Assembly: GCA_000708835.1 (NCBI GenBank)
Contig: DF236991.1
Coordinates: 62,001 to 126,000, forward strand
Length of the DNA stretch: 64,000 nucleotides
Direction of reading: 5' to 3'
Source: Klebsormidium nitens
Taxonomy: Eukaryota > Plantae > Klebsormidiophyceae
Each line of letters begins with the position of its first letter. Position 1 is the stretch's first letter. Shown piece after piece: positions 12,250 through 26,890 of the stretch. The notes below the pieces were generated by a model. The model saw nothing but the letters and a program-made list of their open reading frames with translations. It did not search any database and was not told the origin of the DNA. The position numbers and the translations under genes were made by a program.

Positions 12250-15200
12250 GGCCCCAAGCGGATGATCAACCGCCAGCTGTTGTGACATCAAAAGGATGAG
12301 GTGGCAGCTGTGCCGGTAACTTTCAAACGACTTCCTCGAACTTGCTTGATTCCCGAAGCTCAAACGGCATCAGGTGGGTTCGTCAAGAGCGCTGGGCAGA
12401 CTGGCCCAAACCGATCAATAATCCATCCTCAGCCGCGCCGTGTACGGACAGTGCTTTGCTGAAAGCAGAACTTAAGTGCGTCACGAAGCAAGAAGTAAGA
12501 AGTTCAAAGATCACAAGAACAAAGAGCATCAGGTGAACTCCGTGTACAATATTGTTTAGACTCTTGAAGTGTACTGGGGCGCCCCAAGGGTGCTTGGACT
12601 TTCAAGCGAAGCTGTCTTGCTGAAAACTCGATGAAAAGCCCGACTCTGTCTTGTCCGGAAATGCACGATCAGCGACAAAGCCGAGTTCTCTGCAAGGTGA
12701 CAAACCTTCCACATGTACACGTGGCACATCATACTAAATGATACTGCAACACGTCTGATATGGACGAGCAAACGGCGTCAAATCCTGGCAGAGCTGTGTC
12801 GATGTGTGCAGGTGCATTTGCATGTCCAGGAATTGGAATCATGGCCGTTTCAGTGGCACAATGAATGATCAGCTCATCCGAAGAATCATTGCTTACGTTT
12901 CAACTAGAAGAAAACTACACTATTTTGCTGTGAGCAATAAGCCAAGCACTTGCTGGTAGATCCCTTCCCAATTTAGTTGCGAGATCTGCCCTCAATGCGA
13001 GTCAAACAGGAAGGAATAAAGAAAGATACCTTAGCGCAGAGACGATTGGACTGGGAAAGGCCTAGCAACCCGCCGGACCAGCGCCGTTTATTTGAGTTTC
13101 TGCCATGAAGCGGTAGTAAATCAGTGTCATTCTGAGAGGACTTATAAGAGAGCGGCTTCGAGCGACTGACGAAAGCATGCCAAGCGGGATGCAAAGCAAG
13201 ATTTCCTACGCCATCATCATTGCCGTTCTGAATGTTGAAGATTTGCCCAACTCGCAAAGTTGACGCGCACTTGCAGATTGCAACGAAGCCGGCACCCACA
13301 ACCAGATTGAAGCACGAGAGGCGAACAGAGAAATACATAATCTCCATCAAGGCAGTCGGCCGATTGGGCATCATTTCCTTATCATTTGTTAGAGACATGT
13401 GAAACAGACCCGATGGATAGATTCAAAGGAGTCGAAGGGCCGAGAGCAGGATGTACTCAAGTCAATCAACACTGAAAACTCCAACGGCCAGATTAAACGG
13501 CTTCGAGTCTGCCCACCACGGACAGAGAGATGAGCGTGCGTGATAAGGCGTGCCCAGCAGCATGAATTCTTCATGGCCTGCTGGCGTACACCGGGTGATG
13601 TTTGCTATGCGCCAACTTTATTGATCCCGTTCCACCCCAATTGACAAGATGGTGGAGCAAGGGCTGAAAAAGCGTACCCTTCAAACGCAATATGCATACG
13701 AAATGCAACCCGGCTGATCCAGCAAGCCTGTGATACGACACTAAGAAGATTGATGTGTACACCCGAGCCAGGTTGAGCAAAGAATGAGCTCAAAGCGACA
13801 TGCACGCTTGATACGGCCTGGTTCTCAAGAAATTATCCACGGAGAATGCTGCAGGCACGACGTCGTACTCTGTTGTTCTAAATATGACAGCGGCTCTGTA
13901 ACGCAGTACACGAATGAGGCAATTGGGTGAACACCTGGCACATTGCCAGCGGCCCAGACATGCGAGCGCATCATGGCCGAGAGAATCCAATCGACTGAGG
14001 CGGACGGCTGTCCAGATCCATCATGGGTAGGAAACCCCATTCCTCCCAGGCGCGGATTGAACGACAATAAGCTTTTGCTTCTCGCCTTGCGGGTAGAATA
14101 GCGGCAGGGGCCAGGAAGGACAATGTATGGCACTCACGAAAAGCGACGGCTACTCAATACATAGTCAATTCGTAGTCGTGTTTAGGTCAACAAAGGCATC
14201 CATTGGATTAAATAGCGTAACCAGGAAAAAAGGGGTGGCGCCGGGCTAGCCTGGTACCAAGCGTTTGTCATGCACAGCTCCGCCTATATTGCCCAGCCTC
14301 AACCGGAAAGTAGGCCTGCCTAGCTCAACTTATCCAGATGAAAGTTCGAGACTTTTAGAATTCAAGCTTTAAGAGAAGTATAGTTCACTATAAGAGGAGC
14401 ACCTTGCGGCCACGATGGACCTTTGGAAGGTTGGGCGACTGCCAGGAGGGCGCTTTCCACAACCACGAGAGCATTGTTTTGATAGTGCCGTCCTACCTAG
14501 GTTTCAAAGTGGCTTCAGATGATACACGCCGTTCCCTGCGAAGTGATGAGCGGGTTCCGAAAGCCACGCCCACTGGCTATCATCATCGCCGATTTCATCA
14601 TCGCCGATTTCGCTAGCGAAACATCGACGCCGCGCATCAGTACAGGCAAGTCGGAGTGCAGTACTTACGTAACAACCGTTACAACGTAACGAGTCCAACG
14701 GCTGCAGGCGCAACAAACCTGAAGCCCCTGGTTCAAAGAACGTTCAAGAGGCATACAGGCCGACTGACGACAGGACCAGAAAGGACAACGGCTGAAAGCG
14801 AAGTCAAATTGGGGTAGATTCGACAATTGCATGGTTATCAATCCTGAAGACCTGAATCAAGACCTTTGTAAAATATCTCCGAAACCGTGAATGGGCAGCC
14901 GCTTTAGAAGCAAGACATCATCACGCACTTTTCGCAGCGCCCAGGCCGGTTGCGAAGTCGGCCGTCAACTCACAGAAGAGAACTCAGAGACTTCCATATG
15001 AGCGAGCTTGGAGTGGACGCTCATCAGTTCTTCATCGTTGCCATTTTGATTGCGAATGCATAAGCCCTGCATAAGATTCAAATCTCGAAGTCGCAGTGCA
15101 ACAAAAAGTGGGAAGCAGGTGGGATACTAATCACCAACTTCAAACAGCTTTTGCAATAAAGGAATTGAGCAAGGCATGCATAACCCTCCACCGAAGTGCG

Positions 15201-16700
15201 GTGTCGAACTTCGATATTGCACCGTTCATCAAGCAAAGCATAATGAGGACCATTTCTGAAGAAGGCAAACGCTGATTTGCAGAATGTTCAACAGCCAATC
15301 TATGCCTAAGCATAACTCCTTAGCCTGGAAGGAACGGCTTCAGCAGGATCTCATCACACCCTCAGCTGGGGGCGCGCGCAATCAGAAAGCGCTTGCCCCC
15401 ATACTGACGCCATCATGGCCCACTCATACTGTGCCAGGGTGCAGTAAGAAATACGCGCGAGTTCTGAGATTGCGACCCAACTTTGATCGATGCGTGATGA
15501 GAGATGCACATCAGGCCAGACGCGTTTACTATTGATATCCACGAACTGTATGTATCAGTTCAAAATCCGGCTAAACCGGCGCCGTCCGATTGAGAGCCAG
15601 CAGCGTTCGCATCAGTGCCACCTGGACAAATATGAACGAGCATACAAAATGATGATGTAGATAGATTTCCACATAATAAGCATCGACAATTTGAAAGCTG
15701 CACTCGAATACAACGCAAAGCACGGCATGCAAAAACCTGGACCCGACTTGAGCTTCCAGGCTGGTCAACACAACAGTTGCGGTTGATACGTCACAAACAG
15801 ACTAGCGTAACGGTTGTTTTGGCGCGTGAAGAAGCACGGGTCAGCCGTGGAGGGGGAAGGGTGCGGAGCTGAGATGGGCATAAGCCGTCGCGTGGCGGCC
15901 TGCGAGTCTCGTTGCTGGCCGCTTCGCAAACATTCTAGCGTGGATCGGAGTACTCGCCAAGCGCTTGCCAAGCCCCCATAAGACTCGTCTGGTGCAACCA
16001 AAATCAGAGCTCCGCTCACTCAGAGCTCCGCTCACTCCACGACAAGAAGGGTCTGTCATTGCGCTCGCGGTATGTAATTGTCCAAGAATACAAGGGAGGC
16101 GCGAGTAGAAATCAATCTTAGAGCCAACTGGACCAGGGATGAGCGGGCCCCGCGAAGAGGAGCGCGGCCCGACGGGTAAATCGTAGAAAGATCAGTTAAG
16201 CGGAGCGGCATCAGGGAAGCGATGAAACATTGGGGGGGCCTACTGGACCTGGTTATCTTGAGCCCAGCACCAAACATCGTGGCCGCTAAAACGATGCTCG
16301 CAAGCACCTTGCAGATCGATCTAAATCGAGCACCAAGATTGACTGATGGAATTTGCCACAACTATAAGGATTGGCAAACGGCGTGCTCGACAAAGTGGAG
16401 AGAGACTTGAAAAAGCGAGTCCGTCAAGCACAAGCCGGAAGAATCAGAGATGCGGGTGCAGACAGATAGGCTCGGACGTTCGGGTTGACTCGACCGGAAC
16501 AATCTCAGTGCGTCCGGTTGTTTTGCTAGAAGAAGAAGCAAGGGACACAGAAATTATGAGCGAAAGTAGTATGTCACATACAAGGCGTCTCGATGCGGCA
16601 TCGGAAGCTGATAAGAACCAGAACTCTCTTTGTGGGCAAAGAGGTGCCCACCCGATCTAGCTTCATATCCGCTACCTTAAAGATCAGCCAAGCGACCAAC
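12250..16700. repeat. Tandem segmental duplicate, family C copy 1 (~4.4 kb, decayed coding-like)
   Basis: Colinear with 16700-19520. Anchors: ACGACTTCCTC..CAAACGGCATCAGGT 12326/16772; TGTACACCCGAGCCAGG 13756/18063; CTCACGAAAAGCGACGGCTACTCAA 14133/18415; ACGATGGACCTTTGGAAG 14410/18697; GCGCGGCCCGACGG 16163/19315. Confidence 0.8.
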
Positions 16701-19520
16701 GGACCGCCAGCTGTGCTGATATCACACATGAGGCGTACGTGGCAGATGTGTCCAGCATAAAGCTGTTTCAGACGACTTCCTCAAACGGCATCAGGTAGGT
16801 CGAACTAGATTGAGTGCTGGGCAGATAGCCCAAACCAATCAATGCTCCATCCTTTGCCGCGCCGGGTTTGGACAGTGCCTTCCCGAATGTCGAAGCAAGC
16901 GCTTCACGAAGCAAGTTTAAGATTGACACCTAGAAACGAGCATCAGCTGAACTCAGTGTACAATATCGATCACAGTCTTCAAGTGTGCCGGCGCGCATCA
17001 CGAAGGCATCACGGTGCTTGGACTTTCAGCTTTCAGCGTTTCAGCGAAGCTGAGTTGCCGGAGCCGATAATAAATCTCTGGCTAATTCCGTCTTGTTGGG
17101 AAGGCACAAGCAACAAAAGCAACTTTTTCGCAACCCGGCGAGCTGTCGACACGTGGCAGAGCATTATACACATCGATTCTTTCTGAAGTGTCTCAAACGG
17201 GCGTCGACCGAAACCCGGCAAGTCGGCCGGCCGCCAATGTGGACAAGTGACGTTGCATGCCCAGGGATATGGAGATCGTGGCCGTTTCAGTCGCATTGAA
17301 TACAATCAGCTGACGTTAAAAAGAGAAGGGAAATCTTGATCGGTGAATCGACCCGCCGCAAAAGTGCCTCCAAAATGTTGCAACGCAAGCAGTCGTCTTT
17401 TAGTGTTCTCCATGGAAGCGGCTTCACATGAGTCCACTGACAAAAGTATGCCAAGCGGGCTGCGAACCAAGATCGCCCACCCCATCATCATTGCCGTTCT
17501 CCATGACGATGCTTCGCCCGAATCACGAAGCCACCGCGCTTTGACAAATTGCATGAAAGCAGGTGTGTTGTACCAAACTGAAACTGCTCACGAGCAGCAA
17601 GTTGAGAAACTGAGAAATGTGTAGTTCTTCCTCAACTTAAACGCACGGGAACAGATGTCAAAATAGCATCAATTTCCAACCGTTTGCCTAGGACACTGCA
17701 AAACAGACCTGTGAACAATCCTAAAGGAATCAAAGAGGTAGATGTGATAAGTCGTAAAGTACTGACAACTTTAAACGCCTGGAGCCTAACGGATTCGAGT
17801 CTGCGCGTCACGCAGTGCCTGATGGGCGTGTATGCTAAGGCGCGCCCAGAAGCATGACCTGCTCGCGTACAACTTGAACGGGGATTGTTCGTGACGCGCC
17901 GAATCTCCTGATCTCTTCCCAGCCCAACAATTGAAAAGATAATGGAATACGGCGCGAATGAAGCGTTTTCCCTTAAGACGCAATATGCTTTGATGCTTAC
18001 GAAAATCAACCCGGCTAAGTCAGCAAGCCTGTGGAACAAAAGGGACACTGGAAGATTGTTTTGTACACCCGAGCCAGGACACAAAGCGACATACACGTTT
18101 GAAAGGTCCGATCCTCAAAGCTATTTTGGGCGAGAATGCTGACGGCACATCTGCCGTTGTAAATTTTCAAGTGCGGCTCAAGGCACCTGGATGAGCAAGT
18201 GTTGGGTGAACACTTGGCATAATGTATATTGCCAGCGGCGCCGACATGCGAGCGCATCATGGCCGAGAGACCTCGCATTACCGAGGCGGACGGGAAGCCG
18301 GGATCCATCATTGGTAGGGAACATCATTTCGCTCAGGCAAGGATCGCTTACGACAATAAGCTTTTGTATCTCGCCTTGCGGGTAGGGGCCTGAGGAAGGA
18401 AACTGTTTATGGCGCTCACGAAAAGCGACGGCTACTCAAGACAGATTCATCTGATTTTTCAACAAGCACACAAGCAGCCATTGAATCCAATGCCCGCAAC
18501 TAACAGAAGCGGGTGGCCGACTAGGCCGGTACCATGCCTTTGTCACGCACAGCTAGCTAGCTTCTGGAAAATGCCCAGCTTAAAGACAGAAAGCGAGACC
18601 GGCCCAGCTCAACCTATCCAAATGATGTTTCGAGGCAGCCTTTTCAGAAGTCAAGCCTCAAGAAATACATCACGATAATATGGGCAAGGTTGCGGCAACG
18701 ATGGACCTTTGGAAGTTTTAGAGACTGCCGGCCACCGCCGAAAGAGCTTTCTAAAAACACGCGACAATTGAGAATTTGATGATAGCGCCGTCCTGACTGG
18801 ACTTGCATAGGGGCTTCAGATGCTTTACGTCGCTGTTGATGTGTGAGCGCGGGCTTCGATCGAAAGCCACGCCCAGTCAATTATCATCGCCGTTTGAGAC
18901 GGGTTTGATTTGCCCGCAATTCCACAGGAAAATCGTAGTGGGCACTCGCAACTTAACGAGCCTAATGGCTGGAGCCACTTGAAACCTGGAGCTCCTAGTC
19001 CTGCGCTGAGAACGGTCAAGAGGCATGCAGGCGGACTAACGGCAGAAGCTGAGAGACAAAAAAGGCTGAAAGCGAAGGCTACATGGGAGGGTGGCTTTGG
19101 TCATTAAACGATTATCCTCGTCAAGACATCCGATAAGTGGCAAGATGCGCAATAAGGGGAGGCCGCCCGAAAAGCAAGTCTTCAACACGTGTTTCTCGCA
19201 GCGCCCCTCTCAGACCCGTCGCGAAGTCTGCCATCAACTCTATAAGGAAACTCAGAATATATATTCGATCGGCTTTCTAAGGTTCTAGTGAGTAGTCTAT
19301 CAATGGCACCTAAGCGCGGCCCGACGGTGGCATCTAAGCGCGGCCCGACGGTGGACTCGCAAACATCTTTGCGACCGGCCAGAAACGAGCTTCGTAGCAT
19401 TGACAATTATCAGCACGAGGGCATTTTGTTGATAGACCATCATAAGAACTAGAATAGCATAGCGGCGTCAGACGATGGAGGACTCGCCAATCTGGATGGA
19501 ACTATAAGAGCACAAGTCAT
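16700..19520. repeat. Tandem segmental duplicate, family C copy 2 (lacks ~1.1 kb present in copy 1)
   Basis: Same anchors as copy 1. The offset is ~4.3-4.45 kb up to about 15.0/19.25 kb, then ~3.16 kb at 16.16/19.32 kb. Confidence 0.8.
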
Positions 19521-20659
19521 GACCCATGCAGAAGAAAGTCTTGTATTTGACGGCTATCGAAACAATGCTTACCCAAGCCGCTAGTGTGAGATACTTAATT
19601 GCTTGATCAGCAACAATCATTCATTAGGGGGTTCGAGTCGACCAGATTTTCGCACCCCAAAAGCAGGTTGCTCCAAGCATCTCCCCGAGATGTGAACGTA
19701 AGAACTGTACTCGATTATAGAAGTTGACAAGACTTCAAATATAAAGTGGCGTAGAAACCCCACAGCTCGACTCAAGATTACCGGCCGCAACGACGTCATC
19801 TGGCTAAACACAGAGGCCTTTTTGCGTCAGAAGAAACTGAAGAGGCTACGAAAGTGTGTCACAGACGGGGTCAGTAAAGGCAATTAAACGCTTGGGCAAC
19901 GAGAGAGTTTTGCGACGGTCCAGGAACGGACAGCAAAAAGGCAATGGGCGGGATTTGGAGCAACGCCCAAATGACGATTATCATTGCCGCTTACATGGAT
20001 GAAGCTTCTCCCGATTCAGACAGGCTCATTTGCTGATAGATTGGAAGCAGACCTACATTGAACCGGCTTGGTAAGCTTCACGTACAAGAGGCAGCGAGCG
20101 GGCATGCGGAAGCCTCGACCAATGCGCGCGGCCCGTTGACGACGCTGCATCATTTTTTGGCTTAGGTAAATCCTGGTGAAAGCATCAACGTTGAAAAAGA
20201 AAGAGGCTGACTGCGCAGACCGTATATATACAGGTTGACATGTACAGATGCATCTGCGAAACGGCTTCGGGTCCTGGGCAGGCTGTTGGGCGTGCGTGAC
20301 AAGGCCCACCCCAAGTATGACGTCATCATGGCCCGATTATACAGCAACATGGTTTGATGCGTGCAGTCCAAATCCAAATCGCAATCTACTTTAGATCGTG
20401 TGAAGGGTGATTGGGCAGGAAAAATAAGACCAAACAATGACACAAAGCCGTCAATTACGATGTCCTATGTATCTCTATGACCATGACCAAGCTGGCAGAG
20501 CCGGCTGGCAATCCAGAAATACGACAATAATCAGTACAGTGCCCTTACGAAGTATTTATTCCAGAGGGCCAGCAGACTGCTTCGCTGACTTGTTACTAGA
20601 ATATGCGGATACTTGATCAAGGGCAATGGTTCTCATATGGCGCGACACCAACAGAACCG

Positions 20660-23600
20660 CATAAATGCAAGCCAGGCCGACAAGCCTGGAGAGTGACAAA
20701 TTGCAGACGCCAAAGCTTAGCGGTGGTGGGTGCCTTTTGTTTCTAAAACGGGAGAGCTTAAAAGGGAGACTACGCCCGCGCAACGCTTATCACTCCTCAA
20801 TCATAAGTAGGCACGAGGAAACACACGATTCCGGCTTGCAGAAAAGTCTGCTTGCATACCAAGGCACGGGTCTGAAGCACTTTGACATGGCAGCTAACGA
20901 AGCGAAGCCGATATGGAGCGTTACCTCAGCATCAGGTGAACTTTTTCTCCAAAGCGCCCCCGATCGAGTGCAAGCCGCTCAGCAAAAGCAAGGCAACTGG
21001 CTGAGAAAGGTGAAAAAAGCCTCTTTGGACTTGGCACAGTTGGTTCATGCTCAAACTCCGCCCATGGGAGCCTGTGCTTCCAGAGCAGTAAGGATCATGG
21101 CCCAATGGGGCGCAGCGTTGCAACAAGACAGCCTAGAGAAGTCCATTCAATCTCGTTCTGACTATCCTCACCAACTATTGATTGGTGCAGTTACACGCTG
21201 ACCTCCCTGGTAATTCAATTGAGCTTGCGACCAGAATCGACGTTGACGTCACAAACTGAATTTGAGTCGTACTCGTGGACAGGATGCTAATAATCCATCT
21301 CCGGAAGACGTAAGATTGAGCTCGCGCCAAAGCATTCGGGTGCGCTTCAACCTCTGTCAGTCTCTTCTCCGGCCGTAGGTGACACTTTTGATGGCTAGCT
21401 GCTCCCAGAACTTCAGCAATAACTTCAATTTCGAGGCGGAAGGAAAGGCTCTTGATCGGTCTTCATGGATGCTGTTACCCGACTGTCGAATCAGCTCCGA
21501 GGTGGCATCAAATCGGTAGCGGGATAGAAATATGCCAGGTGTCACGCAGGCCCAGCAGTTTTGCAATAATCAGTGCCATCCGGCTGACGTACGCGAAAAG
21601 AGCAGACGAGCTACAGTCACACAGGTTGCAGACCTTGTCCCGGAAAGAAAAGCACTCTGTGAGAATGCAATTGGGTGCACATGCCGGGCCATGCTGACTC
21701 CCGGAATTTGTCGGGGTGGAGTCACTCCGCGTCATGGCTCCCGAGCAAGAGAGATATACCCGGTACGCCGCCAATCCAAAGGCAGCACCGGAGCGATCCA
21801 CGTATGTTGGCACACTTCGATCACCCCGTTATTCTCTAAGAGAGGCCCGACCCTATGTTTTGTACTGTTCAGTTGAGATCACAAGCGCGGGTGCAACTAC
21901 GAACACCGGCTTCGGCCAGGCAAGGACAAAAAGTAGGAATCTTTAGAGGAACAGGCTGCCACATACATATGGAATGAATCCTCTAAAAACGTACGGCATT
22001 GGGAAGACCAAAAGCTGAGTTTGACGCGGACTTCGTTGGCTTAGGGCCTGGACCCATTTAGTTACGGAAGCCACCAGTTTGGAGCGTTCACAATGTGACG
22101 TCCAAAAGCAAAGCGCATAGAGACGAGCAGTCAGTACTTGGTTTCCGAAGGTGCAAGACCCGGTCTACCGAGTTGGATTACTTTTCATCTGGTAAGCCTT
22201 TCTCTTTTGCAGTTCCCAACGTTGGCCCAACGTTAGACCGCAAAAGCGACTGTCCTAAGCAATCGAAGACTCCACAGCGTCAACCTGGTTGGTTTTGCAA
22301 AGCGGCTTCGTATGATACGTATCACTGGCCGAACTGAGCGGGCTTCAGGATGACGCCCAGTACATCAGCATTGCCGTTTTGTGAAGTAAGTCTGCTCATG
22401 ACTCGCAAAGTCGCAATACAGGGACAAATTGCAAGCAAGTACTTGCGATCGTTGAAACAAACATGCGGCGCTTCGCTAGGCAACGAGCAGGGCATAACAA
22501 AGCTTCGATCAATCTACGCGGCCAGTTGTCAAGGTTTGCAATGCACGAGAACACCTGGGACGAAGTTCGAAGAGATTGAGGCTTCGAAAATGTTACTGGG
22601 CCTACGTATTGAGAAGCGCCCAGAAGATGATGTCAGTATGATGTCATCATGGCCCGCTCTGCACGACATGTCGCAATAGGTGCGCTCAAAGCGGCGCGAG
22701 TTCAGTCCGCCAGACAAACGTTGGGTGGACAAACATCCTCGTGATTCAAAGCGTTTGTTCCGACATTCTGTGCATTGCGAGTCCGAGTCCGGCTGAGCCA
22801 GCAAGCTGGCAATACCAAAAGGACCAGTAAGATTCCCACTGCTCGTTAGCTGCATCCATTTGAGAGCGCCAGGAGAACCCTTCGCTAGCTTAGTCGGGGT
22901 ACACTAGTTGCGTTGCCTAAGGCTTCCGATGCACTTGGAAACGCCACTGAAGATTATTACACAAACGACAACCTACTTTGACAAAGTAGAAACAGACAGA
23001 CGGCGAGTTAAACCCGACGAAGCATGAAGTGGCGTTGAATCATCTTAGGCAGAATCCGGTGTGCACGACCACTGCCCTGAAGCGGCTATGGAGAAAGGCA
23101 CCGCAGTCCGGCCTGCGAATTATCGCTCGGGGACACGGCATGGAGCACTTATAACGATTCAATACGAGCAGCTAATGAGGCAAATCAGAGTTTGATTAAA
23201 GGTGTTTCCTGAGGGACGATTTTTTTTGCTAACGGCTCCCGATGCGTATGCAAGACGCGAAGCAAGAGCCGGACCAGTCATTCAGGAAGGAACGTTCGGT
23301 GAACCAAAGGAAACGAAGTTTCCGGCTCAATATATGGCACTTTTACCCTGCCTGGAGGTGCGCAAAAGGCTCCAGGAGACGAGGATCACTGCCCGCTGCA
23401 GCGTCGTAACAAGGCGACCACTCCAACGTTGCAAAGACTCCGAAATAACACAGGTGTCAGCGGCGAGGCCCGCTCCGCAGGGGTTGGCCAGATCCTCGAA
23501 CATGCAGATCAAAGCATGCTTTCAGGACCAATGTACGTACAGCTTGTGGCTGTGCACCAGGTGCAGGGCGAAGCACAGAACAAGGTGGCACCATGAATCA

Positions 23601-23690
23601 GCAAGTCAGTCTACAGGAAGATTGCTATGCGGCATCCGTGGAACACGAACCAGAGCTGGACCAAGCCACCAGCTTTTGACAAGCAGGAAG
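20660..23690. repeat. Tandem segmental duplicate, family D copy 1 (~3.1 kb, decayed coding-like)
   Basis: Colinear with 23690-26890. Anchors: TTGCAGACGCC(A/G)AAGCTTAGCGG 20700/23706; TTCGAGGCGGAAGGAAA 21430/24411; CCCGGTACGCCGCCAA 21759/24755; ACCACTGCCCTGAAGCGGCTATGGAGAAAGGCACCG 23068/26129. One + frame from 22350 to 23726 has few stops. Confidence 0.85.
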
Positions 23691-26600
23691 GAGAAAGTGA
23701 CGATGATTGCAGACGCCGAAGCTTAGCGGCGGTGGGCGGTGGCGCTTGTTTTCTGGAAACGGAAGCTTTCTGAGGAAAGACTACACCCGCGCAAGGCTAA
23801 ATACTTGTCAAACATAAGCAGGCATGGAATGGAAACACACGACTCCAACTTGCAGAAGGTCTGCTTGCGTGGCACTTTAGACATGAGCAGCTAACGATTT
23901 GAGCGAAGCCGATATGGGCACCACAGCACAACAAAACTTTTGCTGCAAAGCGCTCCGACTCTCGATGAGAGCGGCTCAGCAAATTAGGTACGGCAGCTGA
24001 TTACTATCATAATACCTATGAAAAGAGTGAAGTCGGAATGGGCTCGACTGAACAATACTTATTGCGCTCCTGGGAGCTCGTGCTTCCAGAGCAGTTAACA
24101 TTATTGCCCAACGTACCGCAGCATTGCAACAAGGCAACCAAAACAAACTCGTATCAACGACGTTTCAATCAACTACTAGCGGGTTTAAACGCTGACCTCC
24201 TCGATAGTTTGAGCTTGCGACCGGAACCGATATTACGTCACAAAGGTGGTTGGGTCGTGCTTGTGATGGATGTTACTAGTGAGTTTTATTGATTTCCTGT
24301 TGCGATTGAGCTCTCGCCAAATCACCCAAGTGCTTATGCACGAAAGTCGGCGAGTATCGTCTAAGCCTTTGCCGGTTAGCCGCTCCTAAATCTTCAGCTT
24401 TTACTTCACCTTCGAGGCGGAAGGAAAATCCTCTACATCAGTTCTCATGGATGCTGTTACCCGCCTGTAGAAAAGCTCCGTGATGGCATCAAATCGCTAG
24501 CCGGAGAGAGGACTTGCCAGGATCCCACGGAGGCCCAGCAGGTTTGCGACACGTTTCCAATGATCAGAGCCATTCGGATGACAACAAACGTGCAGACGAA
24601 GCACAGGCTTCATACAGGTAACAAACCTTGCCACTTAGGGGAGAGCACTCGCAAGACGCTCGTAAACAACCGGGTGCGCAAACCGGGCCAGGCTAACTGC
24701 CGGAAATTGTCGGGTGATCTATATGCGTAATGGCTCCCAAGCCAGGGAGATAGACCCGGTACGCCGCCAACCCAAAGGCATCACCGAAGCTGAATGTACG
24801 TGGGCGCACTTTGATCAACCTTTCAGCGTCAATCAGCAGCTCCAACCGCTGTTTTGTCCCATCCAGTTGACTCACAAGCGCGGGTGCAGTCATAATCACA
24901 GGGCTTCGACGAGGCAGAAAAAAGAAGTGGGCATCTTTTAATTGGAGAAAAGGCTGACACACATACGCGTGCAGTGTGTCCTTTGAGAACCGGCATTGAG
25001 AAGACTAAGTGGAAAGAGAGACTTCCCGCGCTTAAAACCTCGATGACCCTACTATTTTGAGGCGGAAGCCACCACTTGCTGAGCGTTCTTATCATATCAT
25101 CCACAATTAGCAAAGCGTTTGACGATGAGCAGGGAGATGCTCATTGTGGAGCTGTGATCGAGACCCACTTAACCTAGTTCGATCAAGGTTGCCTTTGATA
25201 CGGCAAAAGGGACAATAACGCTCTTTAGTTTGCAAAGTCAGTTCCAGAATGTCGCCCGGCCACAAAATCGCAAAAACGGTTGTCCTGAGCAAGCGAGCAG
25301 TCTACAGCTTCATCCTGGTTACCTTTGCAAAGCGGCTTCATGATATGACACACATTCGCGGAACACTGAGCGGGATTCAAAACGATGCCCAGTAGATTGA
25401 TCAGCATTGCCGTAGGTTTCTCAAGTAAGTCTGCCCGAATCACAAAGTTCCAATACAGTGACGAACTGAAAGCAGGTATTGGCGAGAGTTGAAGCAAGAT
25501 CATGCAAAGCTTCGCAAAGGAACAGGCAGGGCATCTCAGAGCTTCCAACAAATCGGCTTCCAGTCGTAAATGTTTTGCAATGCCTATTGTCGAGGACACG
25601 TGGGGCAGACTTTGAGGAGACAGACGCTTCCATAACCCTTACTGGGCCTCCGTGACAATATCGCCCAGAAGGTGACGTCATCATGGCCTGCTCTGCACAT
25701 CATGTCATGATAGGTACGCTTGAAGCGCGACTTTTGTTCGCAAGACAAATCAGGGTGGACAAAAAGCTCCGGTGATTAAGGAAAGCAAACGCGGTCGTTC
25801 TGATATCCTGTGTATTGCAAGTCCAAGTCCGGCTGGTCCGGCAAGCGAGTAACGTCGAAGGGACCATGCAGTAAGATTCACAGTGTACGCTAGCTGGATC
25901 CACTTGAGAGCGCCAGGACGGCACGCTTTGCTGGCTTAGTCGGGCCAAATACTTTGTCGTTGCCTATGGTTTCAATGCACTCCGAAATCTCACACCGCAT
26001 TTTTTACACGTAAGACCAACTAAGACCAACTAACCCTGACAAGCAGGTACGAGACTGATCGAGGACGAGTTGCGACCGATGCAGCATGAACTGGCGCTAG
26101 AAATTTCAGGCAGAATTTTGTGTGCCCGACCACTGCCCTGAAGCGGCTATGGAGAAAGGCACCGGCGTCAGGCCTGCAAAGTTTCGCTCGTGGACAGCCT
26201 GAGGGTATTGAAAAACACCAATCAAAACGAGCAGCTGATGAGGCATTTCAGAGTTTGATCAAAAGTGCTTGGGACGCATTTCGTCACGAACGGCTTCCAA
26301 TTCGTATATGCGATTCGCGAAGCAAGAGAAAAGCCGGCAGGCACCTGAACGGGATACGGTGAAATTGATGGGCGCAGTTCTATCGGCTCAGATCACCGCT
26401 GGAGGCAATTGCTTACGGGAGGAGCAGGATCATTGCCCACCGCAGCGATGGTAACAAGGCGATTGGACCATTTCCACTTCGACAAAGCGTGAAAAAGCTG
26501 CCACGGAAGATTGCTCGGTATACAAGACCCGGCTTCTGAATCCGAGCCATTGCAGATCAGGACGTCAAACCAGTGGTTCCGATTGAGCTTATAACCTGAA

Positions 26601-26890
26601 TGGCGGCACACTTCGACCACGTCAGCATCGTCCGGTAAAATCTACGAAAGATTGGCAACTCGTAGACCACAAGACTGACCACTCAAACAAAGCAAAGACT
26701 CTGACGTTAGATTGTTATTAGCGGAGAGGCCCGCTCCACCAGATTTGAGCGGACCTTCAACTTCGAACATGCAGAAAAAAGCAAGCTTTCGATACTTTAA
26801 TTACAGCGCGTGGCTGTGCACCGGGTGCGGGGCGAACCACAAAGCCTGTTTGCAGCTTCAATCAGCAGATCTGTCCACTGGAAAGATGTA
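23690..26890. repeat. Tandem segmental duplicate, family D copy 2
   Basis: Same anchors at ~3.0-3.3 kb offset; also GAGGCCCGCTCC..TCGAACATGCAGA..GTGGCTGTGCACC at 23465/26727. Confidence 0.85.

Noticed and set aside
19631-19639. GTTCGAGTC B-box-like motif as a tRNA
   Set aside because: No A-box or cloverleaf upstream.
13200-25420. NGDD/GHDD motifs as viral RdRp motif C, ankyrin repeats, HET domain or KDZ transposase
   Set aside because: Only 3-4 residue resemblances. Companion motifs and spacing (RdRp motifs A/B, ankyrin TPLH periodicity, HET W-rich boxes, KDZ YDIAC) were not found, and the coding strand is unresolved.
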